The notes: generated from the sequence alone by a model not told the origin. DNA of 64,000 bases from Pseudomonadota bacterium (GCA_052387815.1 JBQTIU010000022.1:104913-168912); one strand, 5' to 3'; numbered from the stretch's first letter, positions 28,801 to 39,243 are shown. Translations and numbers: made by a program.

Positions 28801-30105
28801 TTGCATTTTGCCGGTGGAACGCTACACTCAAGGTGGCCGCCCAGCCAAGCGGCGGCGGGACGCGAGCGAGCGCCAACGGATGCGCCGCGGGTCGAGGCCG
28901 AGGACTTGGAAATCGTGGCCGAGTCGGTTTTGTCTCAAGCCCGAAAGCGGCTCAAGGACCGCGCCCGCGAATTGGCGCAAGGTCCGATCGCGGCCAGGGC
29001 CGCGGAGGTCGACCGCAGCGAGCAGTACCCCTGGGACAACGTCCGGGACTTGGCCGCGGCGGGCTTCTTCGGCATGACGATCCCCCGGTCCTACGGCGGC
29101 GCCGGCCTCACCTACATGGACGCGATCCTGGTCATCGAGGAGATGGCGCAAGTCTGCGGCGTCACCGGCCGCATCGTCGTCGAGGCCAACATGGGCGCGA
29201 TCGGCGCCATCATGGAGTACGGGACGGAGGAGCAGAAGCGCCTCGCGGCCGAGTGCGTGCTCGCGGGCGACAAGCCGGCGATCTGCATCACCGAGCCGGG
29301 TGCGGGCAGCGCGGCGCGGGACATGACCACGCGGGCCGATAAACGGGGCAACTGCTACGTGCTGAACGGCAAGAAGCACTGGATAACCGGGGCGGGCGTG
29401 TCGCGACTGCACCTGATCTTCGCCAAGGTCTTCGACGAGGACGGCACGGAACTGGGGATCGGCGGGTTCCTCGCCATCCGCGACCGGATTCCGGGCCTTG
29501 GCATCGGCCGGCGTGAGCCGACCATGGGGCTGCGCGGCATTCCCGAGGCCGAGGTCTTGCTCGAGGATGCGGAGATTCCCCCCTCCATGCTGGTGCTGCC
29601 GCCGCGCGGGATCGAGAAAGGTTTCGCCGACCTCATGAACGCCTACAACGCCCAGCGCGTCGGGGCGGCGACGGTGGCGCTCGGTCTCGCCGAAGGGGCC
29701 TACCGGCTGGCGCTCGCCTACAGCCAGGAGCGCGAGCAGTTCGGCCGCCCGATCTGCGAATTCCAGGGCCTGCAATGGATGCTCGCCGACATGTCGATCG
29801 AGCTCGCCGCGGCCAGAGCGCTCATCCACAAGGCGGCCGCCAATGCCGGCGGCGGATTCCCCGATCCGCTCGAGGCGGCCCAAGCCAAGATCTTCGCCTC
29901 GGAGATGGCCATCCGGGTAACGAACGATGCCCTGCAGATCTTCGGCGCCGCCGGTTATTCCCGCGCCCGCCCGCTGGAGCGCATGGCGCGCGACGCCCGC
30001 ATGTTCACCATCGGCGGCGGCACCGCGCAGATTCTGCGGACCCTGGTGGCCTCGAAGCTGCTCAAACGGCGATTGCCGCAAACCCGCGACGGCTATGCGA
30101 GCTGA
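28801..30105 (+). CDS. acyl-CoA dehydrogenase family protein (start uncertain; TTG 28906 and GTG 28915 are alternatives)
   Basis: Conserved ACAD middle and C-terminal domains (YVLNGKKHWITGAG ... ARDARMFTIGGGTAQI). Confidence 0.85.
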   Translation: MHFAGGTLHSRWPPSQAAAGRERAPTDAPRVEAEDLEIVAESVLSQARKRLKDRARELAQGPIAARAAEVDRSEQYPWDNVRDLAAAGFFGMTIPRSYGGAGLTYMDAILVIEEMAQVCGVTGRIVVEANMGAIGAIMEYGTEEQKRLAAECVLAGDKPAICITEPGAGSAARDMTTRADKRGNCYVLNGKKHWITGAGVSRLHLIFAKVFDEDGTELGIGGFLAIRDRIPGLGIGRREPTMGLRGIPEAEVLLEDAEIPPSMLVLPPRGIEKGFADLMNAYNAQRVGAATVALGLAEGAYRLALAYSQEREQFGRPICEFQGLQWMLADMSIELAAARALIHKAAANAGGGFPDPLEAAQAKIFASEMAIRVTNDALQIFGAAGYSRARPLERMARDARMFTIGGGTAQILRTLVASKLLKRRLPQTRDGYAS

Positions 30106-30185
30106 CGCAGCCGCCGATCCCTCGTGGCCGCGATCGCGGGCCTTGGCTTTGTGCGGCCCGAAACACTCGCCGCTTCCGAGCCCTC

Positions 30186-31358
30186 TCAAAGCTCAAGGCG
30201 CACCGGGCCGCCCGCGGTCTTGACCCGCATCGCGGAGATGACCGCGCGGACCTCCTCGAGGCTGGCGGAGCGCGGGTTGGTGCGCAGGTCGCCGCTCTTC
30301 ATCGCCGTGCGGGCGATCGCTTCGCGGCCCTCGCCGCCGTCGATGAAATCATCGAGGCTCGCATCGAGGCCAAGGGTGTGGCGCAGCTTCGAGATGCCCT
30401 CGGCGGCGCTGTCGGCGTCGAGGAGCCGCGCCAGCGCCTGGGCCTTGGCCCCCATGGCCGGTTCGTTGAAGGCGGTGACCGCCGGCAGCGCCAAGGCGTT
30501 TCCCAGGCCGTGGATCACATGGTAGATGGCGCCCAAGGGCGCCGAGATCGCGTGGGCGAGCCCGAGCTGGGTACTGTTGCAAGCGACCGCCGCCTGCATC
30601 GCGGCGATGAGGCAATGGCTCCGCGCCTCGGCGTGATCCGGAGATGTCATGGCGACCGGCAACCACTTCGCGAGCAAGGCCAGCGCATTGAAGGAATAAG
30701 GTTCGGTCATCAGGTTGGCGCCTTTCGACACATAGCCTTCGAGCGCGCGGGCAATGGCATCGAACCCGCACTGCGCGGTCACGGTGGGCGGCATGGAGAC
30801 GGTCAGCGAGGGGTCGAGGATGGCGATGCTGTTGGGGAGCTCCGCCGAGCGGTAGCGGAGCTTGAGGTCGGAGCCCGGCTCGGTAATGACCGCCATCTCC
30901 GAGACCTCGCTGCCGGTTCCAGCCGTGGTCGGAACGCCGACCATGAGCGAGCGGTGCGGCCGGTGCTTGGCGTTGAACCCGGCGATGGCCAGCACGCCGC
31001 CCGGGTTCGAGAGCATGATGCGGGCGACCTTCGCCGCATCCATCGTCGAGCCGCCGCCCACCGCCAGCACCAGGTCGGGGTCGCACACCTCCAGCACCGC
31101 GTGACAAGCGTTGACGGTGCCGATATCGGGCTCGCGCGGCGGCACGAAGAATATCGCCGGCGGCACCTCCAGGGGGCGGGCGAGCAGGCCCTTCAACCGC
31201 TCCACCACCGGACCGTCGCGAAAGAAATCGTCGACGACGAGGGCGGCGCGCCGGACGCCGTGACCGCTCGCGATGTCCGCGACCTGGGTGAGCGCCCCCC
31301 AGCCGAATATCACGCGCCGGGTCGCGTGGCGGAACACGAACGATTCGGGAATGGCCAT
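30186..31358 (-). CDS. iron-containing alcohol dehydrogenase family (maleylacetate reductase-like)
   Basis: GGGSTMDAAK NAD(P)-binding motif and His-rich metal site; start at MAIPESF (31358). Confidence 0.85.
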   Translation of the reverse strand: MAIPESFVFRHATRRVIFGWGALTQVADIASGHGVRRAALVVDDFFRDGPVVERLKGLLARPLEVPPAIFFVPPREPDIGTVNACHAVLEVCDPDLVLAVGGGSTMDAAKVARIMLSNPGGVLAIAGFNAKHRPHRSLMVGVPTTAGTGSEVSEMAVITEPGSDLKLRYRSAELPNSIAILDPSLTVSMPPTVTAQCGFDAIARALEGYVSKGANLMTEPYSFNALALLAKWLPVAMTSPDHAEARSHCLIAAMQAAVACNSTQLGLAHAISAPLGAIYHVIHGLGNALALPAVTAFNEPAMGAKAQALARLLDADSAAEGISKLRHTLGLDASLDDFIDGGEGREAIARTAMKSGDLRTNPRSASLEEVRAVISAMRVKTAGGPVRLEL

Positions 31359-31507
31359 GGCCGCCTCCCTCGGCCATTCTAGCACCGCGCCCACCGGCGC
31401 CGAAAGGTCGTCTCGACTTTACAGGTAGGAAAATTTTTTATTGCTTTAGTATAATGGTCTCGCGAGGCTCCTGTCACGGCGGCGCCACGGGGTGGCGGGG
31501 GAAACCG

Positions 31508-32522
31508 ATGTCGGACACCGCGATCTACGAGCCGGGCGACGTCCCCCTTCAGTCGGGCCGCAAGCTGCGCGGGGCAAAGCTTGCCTACAAGACTTTCGGG
31601 ACGCTCAACTCCGAGCGCACGAACGCGGTCATCGTCCCGACCTTTTATGCCGGGCAGCACACCGACAACGAATGGCTGATCGGGCCCGGGAACGCGCTCG
31701 ATCCCGGAACGTATTTCATCATCGTGCCGAACATGTTCGGCAACGGGGTGTCGTCCTCGCCGAGCAACACGCCGCCGCCCAACGATCGGGCGCGGTTCCC
31801 GAACGTGACCATCTACGACAATGTGCGCATGCAGCACCGCCTGGTCACCGAGAAATTCGGGATCAGGCCGATCGCGCTGGTGGTCGGTTTCTCGATGGCT
31901 GGGCAGCAGGCCAACCAGTGGGCCGCCCTCTATCCGGACATGGTGGAGCGCATCCTGCCGTTCTGCGGCTCGGCCAAGTGCTCGCCGCACAATTATGTCT
32001 TCCTCGACGGCGTGAAGGCAGCGCTTACCACCGACGCGGCGTGGGCGGGGGGGCTGGTACAAGGAGCCGCCGGAAAAGGGCATCCGGGCGCTCGGGCGGG
32101 TATGGGCCGGGTGGGGCTGCTCGCAGGCCTTCTATCGCGAGGGCCTCTACCGCGAGCTGGGGTTCGCCTCGGTCGAGGATTTCGTCATCGGCTTCTGGGA
32201 GGCGAACTTCCTGGCCTTCGACGCCAATGACCTCTTGGCCATGCTGTGGACATGGCAGAACTGCGACATCAGCGCCAACGCGATCTATCACGGCGACTTC
32301 GCGGCGGCGCTCGGCTCCATCACGGCGAAGGCGATCGTCATGCCGGGCGCGAGCGATCTCTATTTCCCGCCCGCGGACAACGCGGATCAGGTCACGAAGA
32401 TGAGACACGCCGAATTGCGGCCGATCCCATCGAAGTGGGGGCATATCGCCGGCGCGCCGAACCTCAACCCCGTCGATGGAACCTTCATCAAGAACGCAAT
32501 CAAGGAATTGCTGGCCCGCTAG
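31508..32522 (+). pseudogene. alpha/beta hydrolase of the homoserine O-acetyltransferase (MetX) family, interrupted by a +1 frameshift in a G7 homopolymer (32047-32053)
   Basis: N-terminal 180 aa in frame 1 including the GFSMAG nucleophile elbow; the C-terminal 155 aa continue in frame 2 (WYKEPPEKGIRALG...KELLAR); removing one G restores a single 337-aa ORF. Confidence 0.7.
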
Positions 32523-32560
32523 GCTGGGCCTCGGGCGGAGTGCACAGGGAGGATCGGGAG

Positions 32561-33502
32561 ATGAATACAGGGAACCGCACGCTTGACCGCGGCCAGGTCA
32601 TTGGCAAGGGCACCCTCAAATACGCGCTGGCGGCGACCGATGCGCTGATGGCCGAAGTCGAGCCGGGGGAAATCTTCGAGGTCGAGACCGAGCTCAATAT
32701 CGGCGGACACCTGATCACCTCGCTCGACGACAAGCTCACCGCCAAGGATGTCACCTTGCCGTTCCTCAACCCGGCGACGGGGCCGATCCGGGTCAAGGGC
32801 GCGAAGCCCGGCGACATGCTGGTGGTCGATGTCATCAATGTCGGCGTCCACGGGCTCGGCTACACCGCGCTGTGGCCGGGGATCGGGATTTTCCCCGACT
32901 GGGCGCGGCGCCAGGAATTCGGCATCCACAACCGCAACGTGCGGGTCGAGAACGGCATCGTCCATTGGAGCGACACGATCAAGATCGAAGCCAAACCCAT
33001 GATTGGGGTGATCGGGGTTGCGCCGGTCGCCGGCGGGATGCTGACCATCGACAATGGGGTCCATGGCGGCAATCTCGACATCCAGGAGGTGGCCAACGGC
33101 AACCGCGTCATGTTCCCGATTTTCCACGACGACGCCTTTCTCTATTTCGGCGACGTGCATGCCGTCCCGGGCGACGCCGAGTGCAACGGCATGGGTGCGA
33201 TCGAAATCCGCGGCCACCTGCGCGTCCAGGCCTCGCTGTCGCCGGCCCCGCGGCGCCTCGTGTGGCCGCGGATCGAGACCCCGACCCATATCTGCACGGT
33301 GGGTTGCGCGCGCCCGCTCGACGATGCGCTGCGCATCGCCTTCGAGGAGATGGTGTATTGGCTGGAGGACTCCTACGGCCTCCCCAGCCCCGAGGCCTAT
33401 ATGCTGCTCGGCCAGATCGCCGAGGCCCGCTGCACCCAGATGGTCAATCCGAAATACACCTATATCTGCAAGGTCAACAAGCGCTACCTGCCTCGGCGCT
33501 GA
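32561..33502 (+). CDS. acetamidase/formamidase family protein (FmdA/AmdA)
   Basis: 313 aa from the internal ATG; His- and Cys-containing catalytic regions of the family (GVHGGN, HAVPGDAECNGMG). Confidence 0.85.
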   Translation: MNTGNRTLDRGQVIGKGTLKYALAATDALMAEVEPGEIFEVETELNIGGHLITSLDDKLTAKDVTLPFLNPATGPIRVKGAKPGDMLVVDVINVGVHGLGYTALWPGIGIFPDWARRQEFGIHNRNVRVENGIVHWSDTIKIEAKPMIGVIGVAPVAGGMLTIDNGVHGGNLDIQEVANGNRVMFPIFHDDAFLYFGDVHAVPGDAECNGMGAIEIRGHLRVQASLSPAPRRLVWPRIETPTHICTVGCARPLDDALRIAFEEMVYWLEDSYGLPSPEAYMLLGQIAEARCTQMVNPKYTYICKVNKRYLPRR

Positions 33503-33542
33503 GGCTTGGAAACCGGGGCTCGAAAAAGATCGCGAGAGATCG

Positions 33543-33962
33543 ATGCCCATAACCGCTTCGGCCTTGAAACTGACCTATGAAGGCGCGGCCAAGATCCTGG
33601 CAGCGGCGGCGGCAAAGGCCGAGCAAATGCAGGCGCCCCAGTGCATCGCCGTGACCGACGCCGGCGGCTCCCTTTTGGCCTTCGGCCGCACCGACGGTGC
33701 CGCCTTCATCGCCAGCGAACCCGCCGTGCGCAAGGCCGCGACGGCGGCCTCGCGCGGCGAGCCTTCGGGGCGGTTGCCGAAGGAGTACGAGATGAATGTC
33801 GGCTTCGCCACCGACGGCCGGTTCCCCAACCTCGCGGGCGGCCTGCCGATCGTCATCGACGGACACGTGGTCGGCGGCATCGGCGTGAGCTCCGGCTCCG
33901 CCGAGCAGGACCTCGACGTCGCCCGCGCCGGGCTGGCCGCGATCGGTGCCAAGCCGTATTGA
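33543..33962 (+). CDS. GlcG/HbpS-like (DUF336) heme-binding protein
   Basis: 139 aa; N-terminal LTYEGAAKILAAAAAKAEQM helix typical of the family; downstream of formamidase. Confidence 0.7.
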   Translation: MPITASALKLTYEGAAKILAAAAAKAEQMQAPQCIAVTDAGGSLLAFGRTDGAAFIASEPAVRKAATAASRGEPSGRLPKEYEMNVGFATDGRFPNLAGGLPIVIDGHVVGGIGVSSGSAEQDLDVARAGLAAIGAKPY

Positions 33963-33998
33963 AGGGCCGGCTCACGCCCGTCCCACACGCGGGGCGGA

Positions 33999-34619
33999 TC
34001 AGCCGCCCGGCGGACGGACCCAGGTCTCGGAGAAGTACAGGAACGCGGTGGTGGTCTTGAGGCCGGCCTGCTCGCGCGCCACCGGCCGCCCCTTGAGGGT
34101 CCGCCCGTTGACCACCACCTGGGCCCGGCGCGATTCCACGAGCACGCTGTACATTTCATGCTCGTGCGTGCCGGAATTCTCGACCGGCATTTTCATCGCC
34201 GTCGGCCGGCCGAGCTCCTCCCAGACGAGCGCGATGTCGAAGGTCGGGCTCTTTACGCGCTCGACATAGCGCGTGCGCGCGTCGCCCTCGAACCCCACGT
34301 CAGCGAGCGGCTCGTAGGCGAGTGCCTTGAAGCCCGCCGAGTCCCGAAAGGGGCCGAACTTGGCGACGAAATCGTTGATCAGGAAGCGGGCGAGCGCCAT
34401 GTTGTCGGCGATGCAGACATTGCACGCCTCGGAGACCTTTTTCGCCTGGCCCGGCTCCTCGAGCACGACCATCGCGTGGCCGCGCCCGTGAACCGAGGTG
34501 ACGATGCGGAAGAACAGTGCCAGCGTGGTCCACGGGCCGTCCTCGCGCTCCTTCAAGAACATGCCGGGGTTCCCGCCCGACCATTCGACCCGGCCGGGGT
34601 TGAGCGGCTGAGCAGGCAT
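33999..34619 (-). CDS. hypothetical protein
   Basis: 206 aa, ordinary composition, no recognisable motif. Confidence 0.45.
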   Translation of the reverse strand: MPAQPLNPGRVEWSGGNPGMFLKEREDGPWTTLALFFRIVTSVHGRGHAMVVLEEPGQAKKVSEACNVCIADNMALARFLINDFVAKFGPFRDSAGFKALAYEPLADVGFEGDARTRYVERVKSPTFDIALVWEELGRPTAMKMPVENSGTHEHEMYSVLVESRRAQVVVNGRTLKGRPVAREQAGLKTTTAFLYFSETWVRPPGG

Positions 34620-34729
34620 CTTTCGTCCCTAGCTAGCGGCCACCGAAGGCAGCACGATCTTAACTCCTCGGCTGTCCAAGAAGTCCAGGCGGGCGTGCTC
34701 CCGCCCGCCTGGCTTTGCTTGCGGGCCGC

Positions 34730-35815
34730 TCAGCGCGTGACCGTGCGGCTCCACAGCTCGTTCCACTTGCTCAAGTTGACCTTCTCGAAATCGAGTCGCG
34801 CCATGTTTTTGAGCTGCTCGGGCTCGAGCATCAGGAAGTCCTTGACCACAGGCGTCGTCCCCAACCGCTTCTGGGTCTCGCGGTTGACCGCGATCGTGCC
34901 GTTGTTGAGCGACATTTGGTACTGCGCTTCCTCGGCGAGATAAGCGTTCAAGAAGAACTCCGCGGCCGCCTGGTGCTTGGTGTTGCGGACCACGCCGATG
35001 AAGCCCTCCTTGATCATGCCGCGCTTGGTCCCGTAGATCGGATGGCTGTTCGCCGCCGGCACGCCCGCATAGACCGCGCGCACGCCCCAGCCGGCGTGGA
35101 TGACCGCCGCCCAGACGTCGCCCGACTTGAGCTGGGTCACCACCTCGCCTCCCGCCTTCCAGAACCGAAGCGTGTTGATCTCCTTGATGAGCTTGAGGCC
35201 CGGCTCGATGTTGTCCTCGTTACCGCCGGCGGCGAATGCGAAGGCGGCCACGCCCTCGATGCCCCCGCCCGAGCTGATGTCGGGGATGGAGACCTTTCCG
35301 GCCAGCTTCGGGTTCTTGAGGTCCTGCAGCCGCTCGGGCTTGGGAATCCCGAGTTCCTTGAATTTCTCGACGTTGTAGACGATGCTTTCCTGGGTGATCC
35401 AGCTCGCGACCATCATGTCGTTGTACTGGTGCTTGTCCAGGTACTTGATGTTCGGGATGTTCTTGAGGTCGATCGGGGCGAGCACCTTGGCGCCCAGAGC
35501 TTCGGGCACGATCGAGGCCGACATTTCATAGACGTCGAACGGCACGTCCCGGCCGCGCGCCACCAAGAGCTTGGCCAGGTTGTCCTGCGGACTGCCGATC
35601 ACGTACTCGACCTTGCCGCCGAGCTTCTCGATTTCGTTGCCGACAAAGTCGCGTACGGAATCGCGCCACGCCCCGCCGTAGGTCGCGACCCTCAAGGTGA
35701 CGCCCGCGAACCTCTTGTCCTGGGCCGCCGCTTCCCGCTCGGCCGCCACGAGCGTGAGCGCCAGGCCCGCCGCTACGGCGAGCCCGAGTGTCTTGTTGAA
35801 CAGTCCCTGTTTCAT
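34730..35815 (-). CDS. ABC transporter substrate-binding protein, family 1 (PotD/PotF polyamine or opine type)
   Basis: 361 aa with signal peptide; SBP_bac_1-like. Confidence 0.85.
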   Translation of the reverse strand: MKQGLFNKTLGLAVAAGLALTLVAAEREAAAQDKRFAGVTLRVATYGGAWRDSVRDFVGNEIEKLGGKVEYVIGSPQDNLAKLLVARGRDVPFDVYEMSASIVPEALGAKVLAPIDLKNIPNIKYLDKHQYNDMMVASWITQESIVYNVEKFKELGIPKPERLQDLKNPKLAGKVSIPDISSGGGIEGVAAFAFAAGGNEDNIEPGLKLIKEINTLRFWKAGGEVVTQLKSGDVWAAVIHAGWGVRAVYAGVPAANSHPIYGTKRGMIKEGFIGVVRNTKHQAAAEFFLNAYLAEEAQYQMSLNNGTIAVNRETQKRLGTTPVVKDFLMLEPEQLKNMARLDFEKVNLSKWNELWSRTVTR

Positions 35816-35858
35816 CGCCGTGTCTCCTGTCTTCGGGTTGGTGTTCGAAAGGCTCGTC

Positions 35859-36797
35859 TCATCGGCCGCCGCTCGACCTCAGAAGGTTCTCGAGCCCGAT
35901 GATGCGCTGGACGACCAGCAGCATGAACAAGCAGAACGTCATCACGACCGTGGCCGAGGCCAGCGCGCTGGGGTTGAAGTCGCCCTCCATCGAATAGAAC
36001 AGTTCGACCGGATACGTGGCCATGCCCGAACCGCCAAGGAACATGGAGACCGGCACGTCGCCGAACGAGACCATGAACCCGTAAAGGGCGCCGGCATAAA
36101 CGCCGGGCATGATCACCGGCAGCGTCACGCGGCGGAACGTGCGCCAGCGGCTGGCGCCGAGGCTCAAGGCCGCCTCCTCCAGGTTCTTGTTGAACCGCTG
36201 CAGGATCGCGCCGATGGTGCCGACCACGAAGGGCGTGGCGAGGAAGACGTGGGCGATCAGCATGCCGGCATAGCTCGCTTGCAGGCTCACGTCGACCCAG
36301 TCCCCGACGCTGTAATAGAGCTGCAGGAACGCGATGCCGGTCACCACGGCCGGGATCTGCATCGGCGCGCGGAACAGCGCCGCAACCAGCGTCTTGCCGG
36401 GAAAGCGACCGCGCACGAGGCCGAACGCCGCCGGCACCCCGAGCACGCAGGCCAGCAAGGCTGCGCCGAAGGCGAGCGCGAGGCTCAAGGACAGCGCCTT
36501 GAACTGGGCGGCCGGGATGATCCGGTACCAGTCGAGGGTCAGGTTCTCGGGCGGGAAGCGGACATAGGAATGGGCGATGTAGAATTGCGTGCCCTGTCCC
36601 ACGTCCACCCTATCGGGGCCGCTGAACGAGGCGCCGGCGACGACGATCAGGGGGGCGAGCATGAACAGGAGCACGAACCCGAACCAAAGGAGCGTGATCA
36701 CCGGCCCGACCGCGACATAGCGGCGCACGAGCCTGAGGGCCGGCGCCCGCGCCAGGCGCCCGGCGTGGCCCGAGGCAAGGGTGCGCGCTGTGCTCAT
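35859..36797 (-). CDS. ABC transporter permease (PotC-like)
   Basis: Multi-TM protein with the EAA-type loop region of BPD transporters. Confidence 0.85.
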   Translation of the reverse strand: MSTARTLASGHAGRLARAPALRLVRRYVAVGPVITLLWFGFVLLFMLAPLIVVAGASFSGPDRVDVGQGTQFYIAHSYVRFPPENLTLDWYRIIPAAQFKALSLSLALAFGAALLACVLGVPAAFGLVRGRFPGKTLVAALFRAPMQIPAVVTGIAFLQLYYSVGDWVDVSLQASYAGMLIAHVFLATPFVVGTIGAILQRFNKNLEEAALSLGASRWRTFRRVTLPVIMPGVYAGALYGFMVSFGDVPVSMFLGGSGMATYPVELFYSMEGDFNPSALASATVVMTFCLFMLLVVQRIIGLENLLRSSGGR

Positions 36798-37648
36798 GCG
36801 ACCAACAACCGCGCGGCGCGGAACCGCTTGAGGACGAGAACGGAGGCGAGATTGATCAGCAGCACCGAGACGAGAAGGACCACCGCCAGCGTCGCGCCCA
36901 TGGCGTACTTCACTTCCATGAGGACCGTGCGCTGGATGAGGACGGGCAGCGTCAGCACGCGGCCTCCGCCCAGGAGCGCCGCCGAGGTGAACGCCCCCAT
37001 GCAGAGATTGAAGACCATCAGGAACCCGACGGTGATGCCGGGCAGGCTTAAGGGCAGGACGATGCGCCGGAAGACATGCAGGCGACTCGCGCCGTGGATC
37101 TGGGCCGCCTCCTCGAGCGAGCGCGGAATGGTCTGCACCACGCCGTACATCAAGAGCACCCCCAACCCGAGCGTGAAATACATCAGCCCCATGACGATGC
37201 CGCCCTGGGTGCCGATCGGGGTGATCGGCTGGGCAACGACGCCGAGCCAGACCAAGAAGCGATTGAGGGGCCCGTTGGCCTGGAAGATGACGATGATGCC
37301 GAAAATCTTGATGACGATGGTGATGAACGAGGACAGGACGACGGTCGCGAGAATGACCAGCGACCAGCGCGAACGCATGCGCGCCAGCACGTAGGCGACC
37401 GGAAATCCCATGACGATGGTGAACAGCGCCGCCAGCCCCGACACCATGACCGTGATCCTGAGGATGTAAAGGTAGAACGAGTCCGAGAAGACGCGGAGGT
37501 AATTGGCCATCGTCGGATCATCCCCCAGCCGGCCGAACCCGCGATCGACGAAAAAGCTCCCCTGCACGAAGACGTACTGCGAGAGGCTGAGAAGCGAGAA
37601 GCTGATCACGAAGGGGACGAACAGCACGAGGCCCCAGCGTGCCTTCAT
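36794..37648 (-). CDS. ABC transporter permease (PotB-like)
   Basis: Start at MKARWGL (37648); ATGA overlap with the downstream permease. Confidence 0.85.
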   Translation of the reverse strand: MKARWGLVLFVPFVISFSLLSLSQYVFVQGSFFVDRGFGRLGDDPTMANYLRVFSDSFYLYILRITVMVSGLAALFTIVMGFPVAYVLARMRSRWSLVILATVVLSSFITIVIKIFGIIVIFQANGPLNRFLVWLGVVAQPITPIGTQGGIVMGLMYFTLGLGVLLMYGVVQTIPRSLEEAAQIHGASRLHVFRRIVLPLSLPGITVGFLMVFNLCMGAFTSAALLGGGRVLTLPVLIQRTVLMEVKYAMGATLAVVLLVSVLLINLASVLVLKRFRAARLLVA

Positions 37649-37817
37649 GACGACTTCCCCCTCCTTGGTCCTCGAGATTGACCCTCGCCGCGGCCGGTGA
37701 GAACGATGTTGCATATCTTGCCATGAATGCTACTTTCTTGTCAGTAAAAATCGTCGTCGTCGGGTGCGGCCGCCGGCGCGCGCCGTGCCGCGACGTCCGG
37801 TGGTTGGGGGAGCGGGC

Positions 37818-39176
37818 ATGACCTATGTACGGTCCGAACATTTGCCGAACGGAATTTACCGGGGCCACGAGAAATCGAGGCGGGCGCCGGCGGACCCGCA
37901 ACTGACCCAGGTCGGCCCGGGGACCCCTTGCGGCGAATATATGCGCCGCTTCTGGCAGCCGGTTGCCATGACCCAGGAAGTGACCGATCTGCCGCTGCGC
38001 ATCCGCATCCTGGGCGAAGACCTCGTCCTGTTCCGCGACAAGTCCGGCCGCTACGGCCTTTTGCACCTCCATTGCAGCCACCGCAACACCTCGCTGGAAT
38101 TCGGGGTCGTCGAAGAGCGCGGCATCCGCTGCTGCTACCACGGCTGGCACTACGATATCGACGGCCGCATCCTCGACACGCCGGGCGAGCCGGCCGGAAG
38201 CCCGATCAAGGACCGGCTGTGGCACGGCGCCTATCCGGTGATCGAGTACAAGGGGCTGATCTTCGCCTATATGGGCCCGCGGGCGGAGATGCCGGAATTT
38301 CCGGCCTACGACATCACGGAACTCCTCGGGGTCGAGCTCGTCCCCTACTCGATCACCTATCCCTGCAACTGGCTGCAGATCTGCGAAAACACCATGGACG
38401 CCTACCACACGGTGTTCCTGCATGCCCGGGTGACCGACATCCATTTCGGGTCGACTTGGGGGATAATGCCGTTGATCGAATTTCACGAGCTGCCCCACAA
38501 GGTGTACGCGACGCTGGCTTACCGCGTCGACGACATGATCTGGGTGCACTCGCAGGAAACTGTGTTCCCTTCGTTCAGCCAGGTCGGGGCCTGGTGGGAG
38601 GAAGGCAGGGACGAGAAGTATTTCAAGCGCGCCAGCATCACCAAATGGACGGTGCCCCACGATGACACGAGCTGCATGATCATCGCCTGGCGCAGCTTCG
38701 GCGCGGCGATCGATCCCGAGGGCAAGGGGAACCGCGCGCGCTGCGGCAAGCAGATGGTCGATTTCGACGGCCAGACCGGGGTCGAGCCTTACGCGCAGCG
38801 CCAGCGCCGACCCAACGACTACGAGGCCCAGGTGTCGGTCGGCCCCATCGCCCGCTACGCTTGCGAAAATCTCGGGCGGACCGATGTCGGGGTCCAAATG
38901 CTGCGGCGCGGCTTGCGGCGGGGCATCGAGGCCGTGCAGCGGAGCGAGCGGCTTGCGCGCACGCCGCGCAACGGCACGGAGTGGCCGACCCATGTGCAGG
39001 ACACCGTCCTGCCGATCCCGCCCCGCGCGGGCGCGGATGACGAAACCTTGCTGCGCGCGGTGACCAAGGCGGTTATGGATGTGGTATTCGCTGGCGACGC
39101 CTATACGGGCGCCGAGCGGGTCGCCACCATCGAAGCCAATCTCCTAAAGATCAAGGAGGACGAGCGGTTCGCCTGA
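37818..39176 (+). CDS. Rieske non-heme iron oxygenase alpha subunit, single-component phthalate-dioxygenase/PDO class
   Basis: CSHRN...CCYHGW Rieske motif and mononuclear-iron catalytic domain; long C-terminal extension; no beta-subunit gene adjacent. Confidence 0.85.
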   Translation: MTYVRSEHLPNGIYRGHEKSRRAPADPQLTQVGPGTPCGEYMRRFWQPVAMTQEVTDLPLRIRILGEDLVLFRDKSGRYGLLHLHCSHRNTSLEFGVVEERGIRCCYHGWHYDIDGRILDTPGEPAGSPIKDRLWHGAYPVIEYKGLIFAYMGPRAEMPEFPAYDITELLGVELVPYSITYPCNWLQICENTMDAYHTVFLHARVTDIHFGSTWGIMPLIEFHELPHKVYATLAYRVDDMIWVHSQETVFPSFSQVGAWWEEGRDEKYFKRASITKWTVPHDDTSCMIIAWRSFGAAIDPEGKGNRARCGKQMVDFDGQTGVEPYAQRQRRPNDYEAQVSVGPIARYACENLGRTDVGVQMLRRGLRRGIEAVQRSERLARTPRNGTEWPTHVQDTVLPIPPRAGADDETLLRAVTKAVMDVVFAGDAYTGAERVATIEANLLKIKEDERFA

Positions 39177-39243
39177 GCGCGATAAAAGACCCCCGCGTGC
39201 GCGCCGGCGGCGCCGGGATGGCGGGTCGGGCCAACCAGGCGCC

